IMG/VR virus record: IMGVR_UViG_3300027969_000047
DNA: 64,000 bases
Source: a virus
Reading direction: 5' to 3' (one strand)
Within the stretch, counting starts at the first letter, position 1. Every line of letters starts with the position of its first letter. Made by a program: the position numbers and the translations under genes. This document shows, one piece after another, positions 9,515 to 19,016 of the stretch. The notes beneath the pieces are model-generated. The model was given only the letters and a program-made list of their open reading frames with translations, had not been told where the DNA came from and did no database searches.

Positions 9515-10890
9515 TACTTGTAATTATCTAAAAAGTAATTCAAGTCCTCTGGTGTACCAATACCCCACATTTTTTGAATTTGTTTAACACGAATCTTCTT
9601 ACCATCACCAATAGCCTCATTGAATACTGGGCAGACATAGAACTCACCATTTGTTCTAATGTCTTTATGAATCATTTGTCTAGCATACTTGACATAATCA
9701 GAACCTTTGTTCCAGTAGTAAACACCAACTGTTGCTTGATTAGAAATTACTTTCTTCTCTGCAACTTCTGAAACAAATCCATTGTCATCTAGTTTAGCAT
9801 ATGACCATTTAGGATGTGTAGCTTCGAATGTCAGAATGCCACCATCGATGTTATCTGCTTTGAAAGCATACATGCATTCGTTTGAATTCCATTCGACAAA
9901 CTGGTCAGAGTTTGCCATGATAAGTGGTTCATCATTGTTGATAAATTCTTGTGCAAGTAATGTAGTGCAAGCGGCACCTTCTGTCATACCATCAACTTGA
10001 ACGATTGTGCAGTTTGGTGCAATCAAGTTAAGCATGTATTTAAGATTGTATTTCTCATAGTGTTCTTTCTGAACTAGAAAGATGTAGTTGGCTTCAATGT
10101 TCAAATTCTCAACAACAACTTGAATCATTGGTTTACCACGAACTTCAATCAGTGGTTTAGGGAATGTATATCCTGCTTGTGCAAATCTTGAACCTGCGCC
10201 AGCCATTGGGATTAAGACATTCAGTTTTTTGTCACGCCAAGGAATGTTTGTCTTCTGTTGTTCGTTTTCAAACTCTTCAACTCTTTGCATGAATTTCAAT
10301 GCATTCAAGTCACTGGCATTCTCAACTGGATATAAAATTGCACCAGAGTCAATTGCACCTTGGCGCCCTATGTGGCTGTCTTCAATGATGATTGTATTCT
10401 TAGGTAATGCATTCAACCCAATCATACAGCGCCAATACATTTCTGGAAATGGTTTTGCAAATCGAACATCTTGATTGCTGACAATGTAATCAATTTCACC
10501 TAAGATACCGATTGTATCAAGTGCAATGCGAACAGTTTCACGAATGCTGTTAGATGCAACTGCAATCTTCCAGCCTTTCATTTTCAACTGAGCAATTAGA
10601 TATCTAGCCGTATGATTCTTTGGAAGTTTTCTGAGCAAATCAAATGTTGCTGTCTGTTTATCTTCCCAAATTTGATTGAAGTATTTTCTATCTAAACCTT
10701 TTCGTTCAGACAACATCTCAAGTTTTCTTGTAGTGTTCAATCCATCGTATGTGCTTAGATGTTCTTCACGAGTAATTACAAACTCTTGACCAATCTTAGC
10801 AAGTGCATCATTCAATGCATCATAGTGTAACTCTCTCGAATCAATTAACACACCATCCAAATCAAAAATTACAAGTTTATTCTGCATCAC
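9514..10890 (-). CDS. HAD phosphatase fused to sugar-phosphate nucleotidyltransferase
   Basis: N-terminal FDLDGVL...KPFP...EDS; C-terminal IPMAGAGSRF...PKPLI...WGIGTPEDL. Confidence 0.9.
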   Translation of the reverse strand: MMQNKLVIFDLDGVLIDSRELHYDALNDALAKIGQEFVITREEHLSTYDGLNTTRKLEMLSERKGLDRKYFNQIWEDKQTATFDLLRKLPKNHTARYLIAQLKMKGWKIAVASNSIRETVRIALDTIGILGEIDYIVSNQDVRFAKPFPEMYWRCMIGLNALPKNTIIIEDSHIGRQGAIDSGAILYPVENASDLNALKFMQRVEEFENEQQKTNIPWRDKKLNVLIPMAGAGSRFAQAGYTFPKPLIEVRGKPMIQVVVENLNIEANYIFLVQKEHYEKYNLKYMLNLIAPNCTIVQVDGMTEGAACTTLLAQEFINNDEPLIMANSDQFVEWNSNECMYAFKADNIDGGILTFEATHPKWSYAKLDDNGFVSEVAEKKVISNQATVGVYYWNKGSDYVKYARQMIHKDIRTNGEFYVCPVFNEAIGDGKKIRVKQIQKMWGIGTPEDLNYFLDNYK

Positions 10891-11500
10891 GATGAACCTT
10901 ATTATGTTTTACTATACTTGCACCATTACACTTCCAATTAGCAATCTCTCTCATACGAAGAGACCACTCAACATCTTCAGCACTGCCCCATGTCATTTCT
11001 TCATTCATTGGACACTTCTTCATAAAATCTTTTTTCACAATCATGTAACCACCTGACTGATACATGAATTTAGTATGACCCCAATCATCATATCTCAATG
11101 ATGTGTAACGAGGAAAGATACGAGAGTCCCAACAAACCCAATCAGTGAAATGTCTCTTACCAGTAATCAACTGTTGTGCATTAGAACACACATCCCAATC
11201 TTCACCGAATGCTACAAAGTTTGTATACCAGTCTTTGTCGAAAGTGTAGTAGTCGTGAAAAATTACAACATTGTCGTACTTAGCTTCCTGTGCAAGAATG
11301 TTTTTCTTACGAGTGACCCATTTATCTTTTACAGTCTCATCAAAGAAAATGTGTTTGGCATTAGCGGTGTCGTTAAGAAAACCTTGTCCGATGACTAGAA
11401 TTTCATGGTTAGGTATATTGAGTGCGGTAATAGAATCACAGACTTCATTTAGTCTCTGTTCATTTTTGTAGTCTGTTGTTATGCCGAAAGTAAAATTCAT
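10877..11500 (-). CDS. GT-A fold glycosyltransferase-like protein
   Basis: AKYDNVVIFHDY, WGSAEDVEWS; located in the sugar island. Confidence 0.65.
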   Translation of the reverse strand: MNFTFGITTDYKNEQRLNEVCDSITALNIPNHEILVIGQGFLNDTANAKHIFFDETVKDKWVTRKKNILAQEAKYDNVVIFHDYYTFDKDWYTNFVAFGEDWDVCSNAQQLITGKRHFTDWVCWDSRIFPRYTSLRYDDWGHTKFMYQSGGYMIVKKDFMKKCPMNEEMTWGSAEDVEWSLRMREIANWKCNGASIVKHNKVHRDAE

Positions 11501-12450
11501 ACGCACCTCAAAATATCATCGACTGTGTTCCCAATCAATCTATTGAGTGTAACATATTCATAGGATTTGTCAATCAATTCTTTGTCGCTTTTGAATGTTT
11601 TGAGAATGTTTACCAATTGTTCATCAGTATCATACACCATACCAAAGTCTTTCATTGTCTCAGCGCCAGCAATGTTACGAGCAACCCATTGTGTTTTATT
11701 CAACATCGATTCAAGAAGAACTAAACCAAAGCCTTCTGAGTGTGAATGTAGAATATACAAGTCTGCTTCACGAATTGCAGACATAACATCTGCACGAGAA
11801 TCGATTAAAAATGGTTTGACAAACTCAGATTCATTTGGCATCATACCATGGCGATTATCATAACCAGTTAGCACGAGAGTTGTATCAGGAACTTGTGCAT
11901 TGTTGAACACTTTAACTAATTCATGCATTGCTTTGTTTGGCCAGTAACCACCGCATGATAGAAACATATTCTTAGTTTTGATACCATACTTCTCACGAAA
12001 GCCTTGCATACCGATAGAAATCTTCTCATCAATGCCATGTCGAACAGCAACACCTTTTCTGAGTATATTGTGTTTTCTAATGTGTTTCCAATCTGCTGTA
12101 GTTGAGCATCCAAGATATTTACAATCTTGTAATGCTTTCAAACATGTTGGCGATTCAGATGGCAGAATCAATTGATAGAGAATAGGTGATTTTATTTTTG
12201 ATGCATTCGATAAAACAAAATTCTGAACATTCACATCACCACCATGAACAACAATCAAATCCCATGTTTCATTTAGAATTTGTGCATCACTGCTAACTTT
12301 AACACCATTCAAGTCGCCTTGATGTTCGCCTGCTAGAACCCACACTTCATGCCCACGAGATAGGGTTTCTTCTGCCATGTCTCGAACATAGTTTTCTGAG
12401 CCACCAGGAAAAGGTGCATAACGATGCACAACATATAATAACTTAGCCAT
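11497..12450 (-). CDS. Glycosyltransferase family 4 (GT-B)
   Basis: PGGSE N-terminal motif; SHSEGFGLVLLESM (EX7E). Confidence 0.85.
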   Translation of the reverse strand: MAKLLYVVHRYAPFPGGSENYVRDMAEETLSRGHEVWVLAGEHQGDLNGVKVSSDAQILNETWDLIVVHGGDVNVQNFVLSNASKIKSPILYQLILPSESPTCLKALQDCKYLGCSTTADWKHIRKHNILRKGVAVRHGIDEKISIGMQGFREKYGIKTKNMFLSCGGYWPNKAMHELVKVFNNAQVPDTTLVLTGYDNRHGMMPNESEFVKPFLIDSRADVMSAIREADLYILHSHSEGFGLVLLESMLNKTQWVARNIAGAETMKDFGMVYDTDEQLVNILKTFKSDKELIDKSYEYVTLNRLIGNTVDDILRCV

Positions 12451-13306
12451 ATTTCTTCTCAATAATTTTTCGCCATTCGGGAACACGGTCATACTGATGC
12501 ACAAGATAGAATGGTTCACCTGTGCTGGTACACACTACATCATCTTTCATAATTGGTGTAGGCTCAAAGAGATGTGGTCTGAATTCTTCAATCTTACTTG
12601 GGTCAGCAGTTGTTCCTAATTGGGCTGCCCAACCTTCTTCAGAATTTGTGAATCTAGTCGTATCACGATATGTTTTTGTTTGTAACAAAACATTCAGTGC
12701 GGCTTGGTCTGGACCACCACCGCCAGGAACATTCTGTGGTGAACCTGAGCATGACATGAACAGATTCAAAAACAAATCAATCATTGTATCAAATCTACCT
12801 GATACAGTTCCTGCATTGTAGATGAGATTGTTTTTGTTTGCTTCGTAGATTAATGGACCAAAAGATTGAATGAGGTTATTCTTACCCCATGCCTCATCTC
12901 TGTAACGAATAGATTCACAAGCGACATTGATAGTCTTGTCGCCCATATTCTTTTCTAACCACTCTGATGGATTTCTTTGAAAGACAACATCACGAACATC
13001 GGTTGCTATTAGATAGCGATATTCTGCACGGTCTTCTAGTTGACTCATAAAGTACCATAGATGCATGAATCGTTCAAGCATGATGTTGAACTCTTCACGG
13101 TACTCGAATCTTTTCAATTCATCATTGCGAGTGAAAGCAATGATTATATAGCCTCTTTTGGTTAACTCTTCTACAACATCAAAAGAGATATTGTAGCAAA
13201 GCATAACTTTCTTGCCTGTGAACCCACAAGTGTCAAGAGAGTTTACCCAATACTTTATTTTGTCGAAATCATAATTGGTGATAGCACCAACAACCACATC
13301 TTGCAT
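12443..13306 (-). CDS. Glycosyltransferase-like (GT-A) protein
   Basis: TDVRDVVFQRNP, YNAG, DQAALN, VHQYDR motifs. Confidence 0.7.
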   Translation of the reverse strand: MQDVVVGAITNYDFDKIKYWVNSLDTCGFTGKKVMLCYNISFDVVEELTKRGYIIIAFTRNDELKRFEYREEFNIMLERFMHLWYFMSQLEDRAEYRYLIATDVRDVVFQRNPSEWLEKNMGDKTINVACESIRYRDEAWGKNNLIQSFGPLIYEANKNNLIYNAGTVSGRFDTMIDLFLNLFMSCSGSPQNVPGGGGPDQAALNVLLQTKTYRDTTRFTNSEEGWAAQLGTTADPSKIEEFRPHLFEPTPIMKDDVVCTSTGEPFYLVHQYDRVPEWRKIIEKKYG

Positions 13307-13325
13307 AACAACCTCACTTAATTAA

Positions 13326-13847
13326 TTACTTATCTATAAATCCTAAAAATGACTCTACAGCAATTTTATCATCACTTGTTTTGAAATCTTTCTTTCGCAT
13401 GATAGTCTTCATTCTAACTTCAAACGAATCACCCATTATATCAATAACTACAGGAAGATTCAAGTCTTTTTGCAAGTCTACCAGTACTGCTTGCCCATCA
13501 CCATGTGCTTTAATCTTAGCCGCTTTGTTCTTCTCAATCTTTTTGAAGAACTGTTGCAACTCGGTAATCTTAATACAAGGAACATTTCTCGAATCGCTCA
13601 TTCTTTCAGCAAAGTGTTTTGTGAATTGAATGTCTACTTGATATTTTTTAAGAAGTCTATCGGCAAATGTTTCTAAGTCTTTCAATTGCTGTGATGTATA
13701 TAGAGTACATTGTTCAGCATCTTCTTTGACTGTTTGACCAGGAGTCTCTTTTTTATATTTCTTCACTAACTCTGGTCTACCTTCTTCACCAGCACCAGCT
13801 TTAGAGACAAACTCTTGTTCAGCAATATGTTCGGAAAACTTTAACAT
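13326..13847 (-). CDS. Hypothetical protein with capsid-targeting-like leader and possible RelE-like domain
   Basis: MLKFSEHIAE; FTKHFAER...VRMKTIMRK. Confidence 0.55.
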   Translation of the reverse strand: MLKFSEHIAEQEFVSKAGAGEEGRPELVKKYKKETPGQTVKEDAEQCTLYTSQQLKDLETFADRLLKKYQVDIQFTKHFAERMSDSRNVPCIKITELQQFFKKIEKNKAAKIKAHGDGQAVLVDLQKDLNLPVVIDIMGDSFEVRMKTIMRKKDFKTSDDKIAVESFLGFIDK

Positions 13848-14126
13848 TTAACCTCTTGTAAGTGTTAGAATCTTTTGAATCTGCGCTTCAAGAATTGGTC
13901 TACGATTAGGCCAATTGATATATGGTTTGTCAGCAGTCTTTAGAAGATTCGATAAGAACGGCATAATAAGTTTTTCTACTTGCGTCAATCGTGCTTTGTA
14001 TTCTTCAACAGTTTCATCTTTCTCTGCAATTACAGCATTGTATTCTTCTTCAGATACAGCAGAGAATCCAAAATCATTATCACTGTATTCATTTAGAATA
14101 GCATTAATATCATATTTCGTTGCCAT
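13848..14126 (-). CDS. Hypothetical protein
   Basis: 92 aa; TAATG overlap; DFGFSAVSE...YINWPNR. Confidence 0.65.
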   Translation of the reverse strand: MATKYDINAILNEYSDNDFGFSAVSEEEYNAVIAEKDETVEEYKARLTQVEKLIMPFLSNLLKTADKPYINWPNRRPILEAQIQKILTLTRG

Positions 14127-15358
14127 TATTTGCTCCATGCCTTTTGTGCAGTGAAGTTTAGATGACTGAACTCAAGCCTATCAACTAACTTCACAGCGTT
14201 GCCTTTTAGTTTATCTACTGCAACAAAGCCTTCTGGATTTGTCACTTTGAAACCATCTTCAGTTTGTACAAATGTACTTGTGACTTGTCTCATCTGTTGC
14301 AACTTCTTAATTGTCATGTTCTTTGCTTCAACAAGTAAATTCTGCAAATCAAAAATGAGTTTTAAGTTACTTGCATTTGAACGATAGAATCGCATGATTT
14401 CATTCTTCTCTGTGATTCTTTTCTTTATGGTCTCTGCCATCTTAACTTCTTTGATAGCCTTGTTCAATTTATCTTCAACATAACGAATCAATTCAGCAGT
14501 GTGTGCAGTAGTGTTCTTAATAGCTTCACCTGAACGAACTTTTGTATTGTTGAATGTTTTGATTTGAACTTTTATAGTTTCACTTGTAGCAATCTCATTC
14601 AATGTTTTTGCATTGATTTGATTGAAGAGTCTTCCTGCATCAGCAAGAATGCCGGTGATTTGTATTGTCTCTTCTTTTGTGAATGTTGCAGTGCCTGATG
14701 CATCAGTGAAATATGCATCACGGAACCAAACATCTTTTGTTGTTGTCAGATTCTTGATATCGATATTGAATGATGCCTTCATATCTGAGAAAGTTTTACC
14801 AGTGTATGAAGTGTGAAATACAATACCCATCTGTGCGGCAAGCATTGTCTTTGCTAACTTTGATTCTGATGGAACTGCATAGATTAGTGTGTTTGGTTGA
14901 AATGTAATATACTCAACACCATCAATTGTCTGAGTTTTCACATCACCTTTAGAGAACATCATGTCACCTTGCAAGACACCTTTGATGCCAAGTTTTGGAA
15001 GATATCTTAGTGCAACTTTCAACTTTGCATTAAGACCTTCACCACTATGGTTAGTATCGATATCGGCATCAGTGTAATTCAACTTTGCATTTGCATTGAA
15101 GACACCTTTAGTACCAACAAAGAATTTACCATTGTCTGGATTGATACCGCAGAACACTGCTGGTGAACCATCCCATTTTGTTGTGGTATTGATTTTTGAT
15201 TCTGAATGACCAGCAAGCATATCACGCAGTGAACGAAGAAAGTTAATCGCATCTCTAGTACCAGCGACACCACGATTCAGAACTTCATCTTCAAGATGTT
15301 CAAGGTGAAGGTTTGCACCCTCTTTCTTTGCTTCGTTTAAAAATTGTGCGAATTTCAT
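14126..15358 (-). CDS. Conserved T4-like protein with KxDG nucleotidyltransferase/ligase-like motif (DUF6267-like)
   Basis: HLEHLED, TTKWDGSPA, QGD, PEGFV, VKLVDRLEFS; MKFAQFLNE leader. Confidence 0.7.
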   Translation of the reverse strand: MKFAQFLNEAKKEGANLHLEHLEDEVLNRGVAGTRDAINFLRSLRDMLAGHSESKINTTTKWDGSPAVFCGINPDNGKFFVGTKGVFNANAKLNYTDADIDTNHSGEGLNAKLKVALRYLPKLGIKGVLQGDMMFSKGDVKTQTIDGVEYITFQPNTLIYAVPSESKLAKTMLAAQMGIVFHTSYTGKTFSDMKASFNIDIKNLTTTKDVWFRDAYFTDASGTATFTKEETIQITGILADAGRLFNQINAKTLNEIATSETIKVQIKTFNNTKVRSGEAIKNTTAHTAELIRYVEDKLNKAIKEVKMAETIKKRITEKNEIMRFYRSNASNLKLIFDLQNLLVEAKNMTIKKLQQMRQVTSTFVQTEDGFKVTNPEGFVAVDKLKGNAVKLVDRLEFSHLNFTAQKAWSK

Positions 15359-16428
15359 TTGCTGTAAATACCTCTACCAACTTCTAAGTAGAATTTTGCT
15401 TCATTCGCTGGCGGTGGTCTTAGTTTTGTTCTAATCTGAAAAATTGGAAGATTGAAAGTAAATTTATCAAATTTATAGAGACCTTCAAAAATTAAATTAT
15501 TTCCTCTAACTTTCACAATCAATTTTGTCTTTTTTTCAAGTTCATCAAAATGCTCTACAGTAATTTCCTTCACGGTGCTACTTTGCACATCAACAACATT
15601 TGCTAAGTCAGAACCAAAAATACTTTTTCTTAAAAAAGCATACGCCGTTTTTGAAAAATTTGCGTCTTTTGATTTTTTAACTATCTCATCTTTTAACTCA
15701 GTATACATTTCAGTTATCAATTCAAATTTTGCTTTTTGTTCAATAGGACCATTAAAAGGTTTACTTAGTCTAATATACTTTTCTTTCGCATCCCAATCAA
15801 TACCCATAGCTTTTGCAAAATCTAACATACCATGATAAGGTGATAAATTTGCAACTGTAACGCTTTCTGATTTAAGAGAAAATGGTAAACTACCAGATAT
15901 TATTTTTTTATTAGAATTTTTAGCTGTGGCATAAACTTCTAATGTAACATCACCTTTCAATTCTCCTCCACTCGATTCTCCTGCAATCCCATCGGCAATA
16001 ACTGTAAATGTCACATTATCCGATGCATTATTATCTAAAAAATAATTCACAGCATCATTAGCTTTTTTTGCAAAACTTGCCGACTTAAACGATGTGATTA
16101 ATTGATTAATTTTCATATCAATATTACCAACATCTTTAGATGATTTATATAACAACTCATATTCTTTATCAAAAGCACCTTGAACGGATTGTGGTTTTAG
16201 ACGCATTTCAAATCCAACATTAAATAAATCCGCAGGATTTTTATCTTTTTGTCTTTTCAGTTTTGAAGCTACAGTATATTTAAATCTTCCTGTATTAAAC
16301 ATTTTTGTGTCAATTTGTGTGCGAATTTTATTTAATGCACTCTTATCTACTTTTCCATAAGCCAAATGCAAAGCTAGAGCAATCGTGAAAAGACCTTCAA
16401 CTATGTCTCCTTCATTTAATTTTGCCAT
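15355..16428 (-). CDS. Hypothetical protein, possible PD-(D/E)xK nuclease; AT-rich
   Basis: 357 aa; EG...KGDV...SLK pattern; GGAG RBS; directly after a late box. Confidence 0.5.
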   Translation of the reverse strand: MAKLNEGDIVEGLFTIALALHLAYGKVDKSALNKIRTQIDTKMFNTGRFKYTVASKLKRQKDKNPADLFNVGFEMRLKPQSVQGAFDKEYELLYKSSKDVGNIDMKINQLITSFKSASFAKKANDAVNYFLDNNASDNVTFTVIADGIAGESSGGELKGDVTLEVYATAKNSNKKIISGSLPFSLKSESVTVANLSPYHGMLDFAKAMGIDWDAKEKYIRLSKPFNGPIEQKAKFELITEMYTELKDEIVKKSKDANFSKTAYAFLRKSIFGSDLANVVDVQSSTVKEITVEHFDELEKKTKLIVKVRGNNLIFEGLYKFDKFTFNLPIFQIRTKLRPPPANEAKFYLEVGRGIYSK

Positions 16429-16460
16429 TGTAACTCCATGAAGTTGTTATTGTAATGACC

Positions 16461-16468
16461 TATTTATA
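16461..16468 (-). promoter_or_regulatory. T4-type late promoter TATAAATA
   Basis: Exact box at the boundary between replication genes and the late accessory block. Confidence 0.8.
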
Positions 16469-16714
16469 TCAATCGGGTCCTAACATCTTCTCCATGAGCA
16501 TGTTATGTTTAGCGGTCTCAAGCATTCCAATTGTACCGACAAAATCATTTGTGTGTCCATATAGAGTAATCTCAGCATCTGAATCCATAGTTGCTACAAG
16601 ATATTCTTTAATCGTACCATCTTCAATATTTTTTCTCACTTCTTCTAAAATGTCAAGCATGTGTTGTTTTGTCTTTTTTTCATTTTTACTCGAATCAAAT
16701 TCTACGACTTTCAT
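16469..16714 (-). CDS. Hypothetical protein
   Basis: 81 aa; AGGA RBS. Confidence 0.6.
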   Translation of the reverse strand: MKVVEFDSSKNEKKTKQHMLDILEEVRKNIEDGTIKEYLVATMDSDAEITLYGHTNDFVGTIGMLETAKHNMLMEKMLGPD

Positions 16715-16721
16715 ATGTTTC

Positions 16722-17285
16722 CTAAGTGTAATGCAAATAACCGCCAATGATATATTTAGGTCCGCTTATAGGTTTCAGACCTGCGTGAGGATATGTCCAC
16801 ATAGGCGGAAACATGAGTAGTCTGCCTGTGACTGGTTTAACTACGGATGTCGTTTCAGAATCACTATTCCACTGAAAAGCAGTCTCACCACCAACTTCAA
16901 CATCATTCAAGTACCAGAAGTAAACAAGAAATCTACGAGCCGAATCGTGATTACCCACATCAACATGAAGTTTGAATTCATCTTTATCATTGGGCATGTA
17001 TCTTTTCATTCGAAAATGTTCACATGCAAGTTCATCTGGCCAGACTTTATCATCAAGGCTCAAGTCATGCTTGTAATATTTCAGAAACTTCTGCATCTCA
17101 TCCACAAGCATATTGTGAATGTCTTTCCAATCAGGATATGCTGATATGTTTAATTCGGTAAAATATCTATGACCTTCCAATTCTGTTTGTATATGTCTAT
17201 CGGTGTCATACTCAAATCTCTTTATGATTTCATCACACTTATTTTTATCAAGTGCATTATCATAATATCTCACACAGTTTATCAT
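16722..17285 (-). CDS. 2OG-Fe(II) oxygenase (prolyl-4-hydroxylase-like)
   Basis: HVD...YLND...GGET...H...K motif set. Confidence 0.9.
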   Translation of the reverse strand: MINCVRYYDNALDKNKCDEIIKRFEYDTDRHIQTELEGHRYFTELNISAYPDWKDIHNMLVDEMQKFLKYYKHDLSLDDKVWPDELACEHFRMKRYMPNDKDEFKLHVDVGNHDSARRFLVYFWYLNDVEVGGETAFQWNSDSETTSVVKPVTGRLLMFPPMWTYPHAGLKPISGPKYIIGGYLHYT

Positions 17286-18685
17286 ACTTTAAAACCCTCA
17301 AACTTTTTATTGAATTTACCTTCACGATTACCGAATGTGTTCAGTGGTCTGTCAGGTGCGTTCTGACCTGAGTCAGAGATATCATCTTGTGCAGACTGTT
17401 CAACATCATACAATCTCATCTTTGATTTGTCAATACCAACAACGAATCTTTTGTTTGTAGTTGGGTCTGCATATCTATTCTTCAATTGCTTTACCATAAT
17501 CTGATTCAAGGCTTCAAGTTCTTCAGTTGAAATCAAAGCAAACATAAAGTCAGCAGTCGCTGGTAGACCAAACGATTCAGAAGTATCTTCAAGCCCTGGA
17601 TCGGTATTTGAGAAACCACTTCTTGTTGTTTGTGTAGCTGATACAATTGGTAGATTCTCTTCAACAGCAAGCCCACGCAACTCTTCTGCAATTGCTTTGA
17701 TGTATGAGTAACTATTCACATTTGCGCCATGTTTCAATCGTGCAGAACAGCAAATGTTCAGATAGTCAATGAAGATAATATCAGGGCTGAAATTTCTTTT
17801 CAATCTCAATTCATTCAACAATGCTTTGAAGTGTAGAACAGATGCACCAGCGGTTGGATATTCTTTGATGATTAACTTACCTTGAGTCTTTGACTTCAGT
17901 GCAGAGAATCGTCTATCATAATCAGACTTTGAAATCAAGGCCAAGTCACTGATAGGCACATTCAAAAGATTTGCATCAATCCTCTCAGCAATCTTTTCTT
18001 CAGCCATTTCCATTGTGATATAGAGAACATTCTGACCAGCAGAGATACAACCAGATGCAACATGACACATGAACAAACTCTTACCAACACCAGTACCAGC
18101 AAGTGCAATGTTAAGAGTCTTGTTAGGTAGACCACCTTTTGTAATCTTGTTGAAGAAGTCTAAATCAAAACCAATTCGTTCTTCTTTACGATGATAGAAT
18201 TCGAATCGTTCATTAGAGTTTTCAAGATAATCATGCCCAACATTTGGGTCAAACGAAACACCAAGTGCTGTAGAAAGCATCTCTGGAATAGCACCTTTGT
18301 TCTTTGCGCCACTCTTATCATCAAGAACAGAAACTGCCTCTAGGACTGCATTGTAGATTGCTTTATCTTGACAGAACTTTTCTGTAGTCTTTACCAACCA
18401 TTCTTTTTCAGTTGGCTCATCTTTGTTTGTTTTGATTGTTTCAAGAATACCAATCGCAGAACGAACCTCTTCCTCTTTGAGTTTCTTAGACTCAGTTAAG
18501 TTTATTACAAGAGATTCGTGAGTTGGTAGATTATTGTATTCATTAACGAAGTCAGATATTTCTTTGAATACAACTCTCTCATTAGTGTCGCCAAAGTATT
18601 CTGGCTTTAGGAATGGCAGAACTTTTCGTGTAAATTCTTCACTATAGATTAGATTCTTCAGAATCGTAAGTTCCAACCGATGCAT
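17282..18685 (-). CDS. 41: Replicative DNA helicase
   Basis: LAGTGVGKS, ITMEMAE, SATQTTR, SESFGLPATAD; synteny after uvsX. Confidence 0.97.
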   Translation of the reverse strand: MHRLELTILKNLIYSEEFTRKVLPFLKPEYFGDTNERVVFKEISDFVNEYNNLPTHESLVINLTESKKLKEEEVRSAIGILETIKTNKDEPTEKEWLVKTTEKFCQDKAIYNAVLEAVSVLDDKSGAKNKGAIPEMLSTALGVSFDPNVGHDYLENSNERFEFYHRKEERIGFDLDFFNKITKGGLPNKTLNIALAGTGVGKSLFMCHVASGCISAGQNVLYITMEMAEEKIAERIDANLLNVPISDLALISKSDYDRRFSALKSKTQGKLIIKEYPTAGASVLHFKALLNELRLKRNFSPDIIFIDYLNICCSARLKHGANVNSYSYIKAIAEELRGLAVEENLPIVSATQTTRSGFSNTDPGLEDTSESFGLPATADFMFALISTEELEALNQIMVKQLKNRYADPTTNKRFVVGIDKSKMRLYDVEQSAQDDISDSGQNAPDRPLNTFGNREGKFNKKFEGFKV

Positions 18686-19016
18686 TTTCTTCCTTTAAAA
18701 TATATTGTTCAAGCAACAGCACAAGGATGTCACCCATCATTGTAGCAAATTTTTCATTTGATTGCAATGATTCGTATGAATGTTCACCTAGATAATCCAC
18801 AGTATATTCATACGATAATTTTGCCTGAACATCTTGGTCGGTTATCCATGTCTTTCCGTAGTGATACTTTACACCTTTGAAGTCACCCTGTAGGATTGTA
18901 ACACCAGTCCATTCAGGTGCTTCAAAGAATTTAAAGTCTACGCCTTCTTCAAGCGTCTTCAGCTTCGGCATGAACAAGTTCTTCAGTTTGGAGAATACTT
19001 CCATAAGATATCTCAT
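18642..19016 (-). CDS. Hypothetical protein in the gp40 position (start uncertain, possibly 18971)
   Basis: Between uvsX and 41, as T4 gene 40 is. Confidence 0.5.
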   Translation of the reverse strand: MRYLMEVFSKLKNLFMPKLKTLEEGVDFKFFEAPEWTGVTILQGDFKGVKYHYGKTWITDQDVQAKLSYEYTVDYLGEHSYESLQSNEKFATMMGDILVLLLEQYILKEENASVGTYDSEESNL

